Position numbers and translations under genes: made by a program. A stretch of DNA of 64,000 nt from the human T2T-CHM13v2.0 reference genome, Homo sapiens, in NCBI RefSeq assembly GCF_009914755.1, contig NC_060941.1; one strand, given 5' to 3'. Under the pieces are notes generated by a model, which worked only from the letters and a program-made list of their open reading frames with translations, made no database searches and was not told where the DNA came from. Within the stretch, counting starts at the first letter, position 1. Each line of letters begins with the position of its first letter. Positions 53,809 to 64,000 of the stretch are shown piece after piece.

Positions 53809-54482
53809 TGATACATATAAGTAAAAAATATATTGAACACAGACTGTCTTTACACTGTGTTTGAGACTTGGAGATTTATAAAAGAATTCTTGCCTACAAG
53901 GAACTTAAAATCTTATTTGAATATTGGAGACAAACATTGATGGAGTAATTATTTACTGCCTTACTGAACTCTTGTCAATAACACTATATAATAATGTGTT
54001 ACAGACTTCTAACGTTTTTAAAAATATCTTAATTGGTTTTCTAGGTTTAATGGAAGTCTTATCCATTTGCTCAGGGGCACCAAATACTCAGGTATAAAAA
54101 CACTCTCTCCAGAGCAGATAGAGTGATATTCTGAAACATGCTATATAGAAGAAGATCCAAGGGGCAAATAAGAAAGAGCTTATTATAAGAAAGGCTTAGC
54201 AAAAAGGAAAATAGAAAGGAATGTTATCTTGGGTTTGAAAGAAAAAAAAAAGTAGATAGGCTTCCCTCATTTTGCCTCGATATAGTAATATGAGTTGTGA
54301 TATTTAAATATGTAGGAGCAGGATTTTAAAGTAATCTGTGTGAATTTATCTTTGGAAAATGGTGAACATTCATTGGTTGCTTTAGATAGATCTTCATAGA
54401 CTTATATGAAACTGTATAGTCTCTGCTTTTTTTTAATCATTCCCTTTCCATTTCCCCTCCCACCAATAGGCACGTGTCTTGA

Positions 54483-54662
<180 letters not shown>

Positions 54663-55350
54663 TAAGACAAGGCCTCACTTTGTCACCCAGGCTGGAGTGG
54701 CAGTGGCACAATCACGTCTCCTGCAGCCTTGACCTCCCAGGCTCAAGCGATCCTCCCACCTCAGCCTCCCAAGTAGCCGGGACTACAGACACACGCCACT
54801 GAACCCGGCTAATTTTTGTATTTTTGTTAGAAGTGGGGCTTTGCCACATTGCCCAGGCTGATATCGAACTCCTGGGCTCAAGTGATCCACACCTGCCTCA
54901 GCCTCTCAAGGGCTTGGATTACAGGCATGAGCCACCAGTTCCATTATACTTTAAATTTGTTCTTACCCCTAAGAAATGATTGTAAAGAATGTGTTTTATT
55001 ATTTGATTCTGAATTAGGATTAAGTATACTCTACTAGTTTTTAATAAAATACTAGTTTTTTATGCCGTTGTTTCTGATAACTTTTCTTAGATACTAAATT
55101 TTTGTATTTTGTTTTTCAAATTGATTAGCTGCTCTTACCATGTCTAAATAGAATATGTAGTTAAGTATTCAAATAGCTCAATACTTAATATGTGCAAGAA
55201 TATAATCATGAGTTATAAATTTTAATTCATGTGGAACAATGTCTTATTTCAAAGTTGATAAAACATAGCTTAGCCAGGCGCGGTGGCTCACGCCTGTAAT
55301 CCCAGCACTTTGGGAGGCTGAGGCAGGCAGATCGCGAAGTCAGGAGTTCA

Positions 55351-55551
<201 letters not shown>

Positions 55552-56148
55552 TCAAAAAAATAAAAAATAAATAAATATAAGGTTTTATGTTTTTGGATGA
55601 AACAATATGGTAAATAGTAGGCTGGGCACGGTGGCCCACGCCTGTAACCCCAGCTCTTTGGGAGGCCGAGGCGGGCGGATCACTTGAGGTCAGCAGTTTG
55701 AGACCAGCCTGGCCAAAGTGGTGAAACCCTGTCTTTACTAATAATACAAAAATTAGCTGGGTGTGATGGTGGACTCGTGTAGTCCCAAATACTCAGGAGG
55801 CGGAGGCACAAAAAGCTTGAACCCCAGGAGGCAGAGGTTGCAATGAGCCAAGATCGTGCCACTGTACTCTAGCCTGGGCGATAGAGTGAGACTGTGTCTC
55901 CAAAAAAAAGAAAGAAAGAAGAAGACAATATTGTAAATAGTGGTACACATCAAACTAAAGAAAAAGTAAGAATGGCCGGGCGCGGTGGCTCACTCCTGTA
56001 ATCACAGCACTTTGGGAGGCCGAGGCGGGTGGATCACCTGAGGTTGGGAGTTCGAGACCAGCCTGAGCAACGTGGAGAAACCCTGTCTCTACTAAAAATA
56101 CAAAATTAGCCGGACGTGGTGGCGCATGCCTGTAATCCCAGCTACTCA

Positions 56149-56289
<141 letters not shown>

Positions 56290-57399
56290 TTACATTTGCC
56301 AAATAGAAGCAAAAGAAGCCTTTCTAACTCAGGTAGTAGTAACCCAGCCCACTAGTATTTGGTGATTAGATCCTAAGTCTGCATATATTAATAGTATTCA
56401 TTTGCCTGGCCCCTAGTGTATATTATCACAGCCCTATTTGAAATGATAGGAAATAGTTATCATGAGCTTCTTATCTTTTGGACTAATTACATTTCTGTTG
56501 CAGTCTATCATAAAGAAAAAAACTAATAAAAAAATTTAATGTATGAAGCTATTTATCATGGAATTAAAAATTAGAAATAGCTGCCCCAAATTAGAGTAAT
56601 GGTTAAGTGATTTGGGCACAAACATTTGATGAAATATTCTACAGGCATTATGTTTATGAGTTTGAAATAATAATAATTATTTTTTTTTTGTTTTTGAGAC
56701 AGAGTCTTGCTCTGTCGCACAGGCTGGAGTGCAGTTACATGATCTCAGCTCACTGCAACCTCTGCCTCTGAGGTTCAAGTGATTCTCGTGCCTCAGCCGC
56801 CCGAGTAGCTGGGATTACAGGCCTATGCCTCCACATCCTGCTAATTTTTTATATTTTTAGGGTTTCACTATTGGCTAGGCTGGTCTTGAACTCCTGGCCT
56901 CAAGTGATCTGCCTGCCTTGGCCTCCCAAAGTGCTATGATAACAGGTATAAGCCACTGCGCCCAGCTAAAATAATAATACTTATGACTGTGAAAATTGAA
57001 TAAAATAGTGTATAGAGGCTGGGCGCAGTGGTGTAATTCCAATGCTTTGGGAGGCCAAGGTGGGAGGGTCACTTGAGGCCAGGAGTTTAACTCTACCCCC
57101 CACCCCCCAAAAAATAAAAATTAGCTGGACATGGTGGTGCACACCTGTAGTCCTAGCTGCTTGAGAGGCTGAGGTGGGAGGATTGCTTGAGCCCAGGAGT
57201 TTGAGGTTACAGTGGGCTGTGATTCATAGTTACAACTCTTTGCATAAAAAAGAAATAAATTTGAGCTAACAAAGGAGGTAAAAGTTGTCTTAAGAATTCA
57301 AGGATAGCTGGGCGCGGTGGCTCACACCTGTAATCCCAGCACTTTGGGAGGGCGAGGTGGGCGGATCACGAGGTCAGGAGATCGAGACCATCCTGGCTA

Positions 57400-57633
<234 letters not shown>

Positions 57634-58320
57634 TCAAGGGATGGCAGAATATGTCTTTCTGGAATTTACATGCTAACTATGTATCTACAAAACATTTTAT
57701 ACATAGAAAATTTATGAAAAGTATATTACAATGTAACTGTGATCATCATAATGGTGGAATTGTTTTTTTCTACTTTTTGTATTTGATAAGGTGAAATTAT
57801 ATTAAATGCTAGTAATAAAAAAGTAATAATTTAATGGCTTTTAGTCTGTGTTAGTATTTTATAAAGAATATTGTTCACGCAGCATATAAAGGAACCCAAT
57901 ATCTAGTGTCTAAATTCATCTTTCATAATTCACCATCATTAAATACATTCCTGTTGAAACAAATATGACTCAGAGCTGAACATGTCTTTTGTGTGAAATC
58001 ATCAGTTCTTAGAATATGTAAACCTTGAGAGCTCTGATTGGACTTAATTCTTAGTGTTTAGACCCTTCAGTTATTTTAACTCTGCATTTTTAGTTGGCCA
58101 ACAAAAATATTATGTTCAAAATAAAGAAAAAGAATAGTTATGTATGCACAGAGTATATGTATGTAAATGATAATTTTATAAATAGAAGAAATTTAACAGA
58201 ATTATATAGCTATAGATTACATGCATTATCTATCATAGGATATTATCTCTAGGGTCTGAGAAGGAGTACCTTGTCACTAATTGAAAAAAAAATCAACCTT
58301 TTACCTTCTACCCTATCTAG

Positions 58321-58665
<345 letters not shown>

Positions 58666-58880
58666 TAAGAAAAGTTAAAAAAAAAGTTTTTTTTAAGTCT
58701 TTAATCATGTTAGATTGCATGCTCTAAATCCAACCCCTTTATGGTACACAATGTCATAATGAAGGTTCTGAGAAGTCCTTCGTTAAAGAAACTTGTTCAT
58801 CTTTGTTTAGTCTAGGCCTTCTCTAATTTCTTGACCACTGAACCTGTTTTTTTATTTTTTAATTTTTTTGTTTATTTTGA

Positions 58881-59021
<141 letters not shown>

Positions 59022-59257
59022 TGACTAATTTTTATTTTATTTTATTTTTTGTATTTTTAGTAGAGACGGGGTTTCACTGCATTGGCCAGGCTGGTCTTGA
59101 ACTCCTGACCTCAGGTGGCCCACCTGCCTCGGCCTCCCAAAGTGCTGGGATTACAGGCATGGGCCACTGTGCCCAGCCTGAGCCCTTTTTTGACTGATTG
59201 TCCAGTTCCATATGATGTGCTTTTGGAAGTTCTTGAATTACAGAATGTGAAGGTTGA

Positions 59258-59525
<268 letters not shown>

Positions 59526-60617
59526 TAGTAGAGACGGGGTTTCGCTATGTTGGCCAGGCTGTTCTCCATCTCCTGGCCTCAAGTGATTCATCTGCCTCAG
59601 CCTCCCAAAGTGCTAGGATTACAGGTGTGAGCCACCGCACCTGGCCTACACTGTTCTAAAATACTCATTTTACAGATACCAAAAGCAAGGCTCAGAATAA
59701 ATTAAGTTGCTCACTGTAGGTAGAGGAACATGGGTTCAAATTCATACCTCTTTTACTCTCAAGGCCAAGTTCTGTGTTGCCTCTTAGGGAGAATGGAAAT
59801 ACAGATTTGCTATAGAAGTATTACAGAACTTCCTCATGAAGCAATATACATATTAAGTATATTATGTGTAAAGCTATTTTTTCCCTTTAAATATTTTGTT
59901 TCTTCTTTGCCCCGTCAGAATTCATAAAATTTTATTCTTTTCTATTGCTTTCCATCGAGAGAGACCACTTTGTATTCTGAAACCGTGCTCAATACTTTCT
60001 TTTCTCTTTTTAATGTCACTAAATAAATAATGAACTGTCAAATATAAGACTTTATAAACTTACAATTTTTGGTTTGGGGATTATTTTTAGTTCTTAATGA
60101 TAGTCACTAGAAAATTGGGATGATTTCAGATATGTGAAATACTTTAATAAAGTGAAATTAATAAAATTCTATGTAGTTAAATTGTTAACAACATCTGTGT
60201 TAGGCTGGGGATGTAAGAAAAGTCCCTATCTATATATGTGTCTGTGTTTATTAAATTCTGCATATCTTAAAGAATTCTGGTATGGTAAGACTACTGTAAT
60301 GTTAGTGCCCAGATACTACAGCTGCCCGTTTACATCAGAAAAACATTCTTATGATTGTGATTTGAAACAATATAATATGTAATTGTTAGTTTACACAAGA
60401 AGAGGTAGGAATTAATGTTAAATTATTTGGTGGTAAAAAGATAATCTAGAGTTCCCCAAAAACCTATTGAAATACAAAAAAAAAAAAAAAAAGAAAGACA
60501 AGAAAGGTAATCTAGAGACTATGTTTTCCAGAAGAAAGAAGAATCTACTTATGAAAGGCTGATTTAATAAAGAAGAATAACAACTACAATGAAGTTTCTA
60601 GTACTTTATTTTTTTTT

Positions 60618-60670
60618 AAATGCTCCTTATGGAGCAGGGCTACCCCGTAGGCACTGTGCCCAGAATAGCC
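60618..60670 (-). mobile_element. Short (~50 nt) double-hairpin retroposed insert with TSD
   Basis: GC-rich island flanked by near-direct repeats agtactttattttttttt (60600-60617) and agtgcttttttttttt (60671-60686), followed by aaaa. Confidence 0.7.
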
Positions 60671-61079
60671 AGTGCTTTTTTTTTTTAAAAGGAGAGATTT
60701 GTATTAACCAAGAATTATTGAGAAATGAGCAGGATCTCTATATATACCCCATGAGATGTACTGTAGAAATGGTTATTTTAAAATATCAAGCAATTTAGAT
60801 AAAATATTGTACTTTGAAAATCACCCAAATCTGATCAGCTGACTTTGTTTTAGACAGTTGGTTGAATTTTTTTGTGATTTACTTGTTGGTCATTTTTGTT
60901 TTTCAATAAACTAACAGTTGATAAACTTCCTGGTCTTGGAAAATAAAAGCAATTTCTCATGATAGACCAACTTTCTGAGACTGTCTGCCAAGTGGTATGC
61001 TAGGTGCTTATAGTCAAGAATTCAGAAGAGAGAGATATATATTAATATTTGAACTGAACTGAATGTCCTTTTCTCTTAG

Positions 61080-61322
<243 letters not shown>

Positions 61323-61408
61323 TAAACTGTTTTCTTCATCTGTTAGTTTAAGAGAAGGAAGAAGGAAGATAAGGAAGTTTCCCGAAGTTTGGAACATGGC
61401 TGGGCTCA

Positions 61409-61680
<272 letters not shown>

Positions 61681-62487
61681 CTATCTCAAAAAAAAAAAAA
61701 GTTTGGAACATTTTTTAATGGAAAAAGCCTTGTTAACTCCTAACCTGTTATCTCCATTTGGAAAATTCATGTTTTGAGAATACAAAAAGAATGTGGAACT
61801 ATTTCAAAATATTAGAAGAAAAAGTACAGAAACTTCAAATATATTATTTGACATTATTTACATGAAAAATAAAATACTAAAAAATAGGAAGGATACACAT
61901 AAAATGATAATGGTTGCCTTTGGGGAGTGAGAAATGGTTGGGATGAGTGATGATCAAAAGTGAATTTTATGTTATCCATAATGTTTATATCTTTTTTTTT
62001 TTTTTTTTTTGAAACGGAGTCTCACTCTGTCACCCAGGCTGGAGTGCAGTGGCCACAATCTTGACCCACTGCAACCTCCACCTCTCAGTTTCAAGCGATC
62101 CTCCTGCCTCAGCCTCCTGAGTAGCTGGAATTACAGGTGTGTGCCACCCTGCCTGGCTAATTTTTGTATTCTTAGTAGAGACAGGGTTTCACCATGTTGG
62201 CCAGGCTAGTCTCAAACTCCTGACCTCAAGTGATCCACCTGCCTCAGCCTCCCAAAGTGCTGGGATTACAGGTGTGAGCCACTGCACCAAGACGTTTATA
62301 TCTTTTTTTCTTTCTTTCTTTCTTTTTTTTTTTTTTTGAGACAGAGTTTTGCTCTTGTTGCCCAGTCTGGAGTGCAGTGGCGCAATCTCGGCTCACTGCA
62401 ACCTCTGCCTCCTGTGTTCAAGCAATTCTTGTTCCTCAGCCTCCTGAGTAGCTGGGATTACAGGTGTGCACCACTATGCCCAGCTAA

Positions 62488-62628
<141 letters not shown>

Positions 62629-63119
62629 TAAAAATAAAGCTGAATGTAATTGTAGAAAACTGTAGATTCTGGGTTTAGGAAATGTGGGTGTTTGCTGCAT
62701 TACTCTTTACCCTTTTGAATATAAAATGTTAAATCTTCTGAAAAATACTGGAAAGTCAGGTAACTCCTTTTAACAATTAACAGGAATGCTAAGGCTGGGA
62801 GTAGAGGCCCACCCCTGTAATTCTAGCATTTTGGGAAGCTGAGGCGGGCAGATTGCTTGAGCCTGGAGTTGGAGAACAGCCTGGGCAACATGGTGAAACC
62901 CTGTCTCCGCAAAAAAATTTAAAAATTAGCTCGGCATGGTGGTGCATGCTTCTAATCTCAGCTACTCAGGAGGCTAAGGTGGTAGGTTCACTTGAACCCA
63001 GGAGGTAGAGGTTTTCAGTGAGCCAAGATCGTACCACTGCACCTCAGCCTGGGTGATAGAGTGAGACTGTATCTCAAAAAACAAACAAACAAAAAATAGG
63101 AATGCTTCCTTTTTCACTT

Positions 63120-63860
<741 letters not shown>

Positions 63861-64000
63861 ATGGGCTGGGCACTGTGGCTCATTCCTATAATCCCAGCAC
63901 TTGGGGAGGCTGATTCAGGAGTATCACTTGAGGCCAGGAGTTCAAGACCAGCCTGGGCAACATAGGGAGACCCCATCTGTTTAAAAAAAAAAAAAAAAAA

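Overview
Primate (almost certainly human) genomic DNA from inside TAOK1 (TAO kinase 1, STE20/GCK-VIII Ser/Thr kinase), + strand. The window starts in the long first intron and holds 11 consecutive coding exons, from the ATG exon (14196-14421) to 61080-61283. Spliced at GT-AG boundaries they give an open frame of 401 codons: the complete kinase domain plus the Ser-rich linker. The promoter, first exon and 3' exons lie outside the window. Exon numbers assume one upstream non-coding exon. The introns are dominated by roughly 75-80 Alu copies or fragments, old L1M LINEs, MIR/L2 remnants, a full-length Tigger1 split by six Alus, other DNA-transposon fossils and LTR remnants. Nearly all ORFs in the supplied track are Alu or L1 artefacts. 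The most interesting observations are: a ~50-nt double-hairpin retrocopy with an L1-type target-site duplication (60.6 kb); an ancient U6/L1 chimeric retrocopy (7.8-8.1 kb); an exact 100-bp tandem duplication (42.1 kb); and a dense set of possible regulatory signals around the start-codon exon (two uORFs, a NAGNAG acceptor, flanking inverted Alus, and a UG-repeat-linked cryptic donor). Repeat family names come from recalled consensus sequences, and repeat boundaries are approximate.
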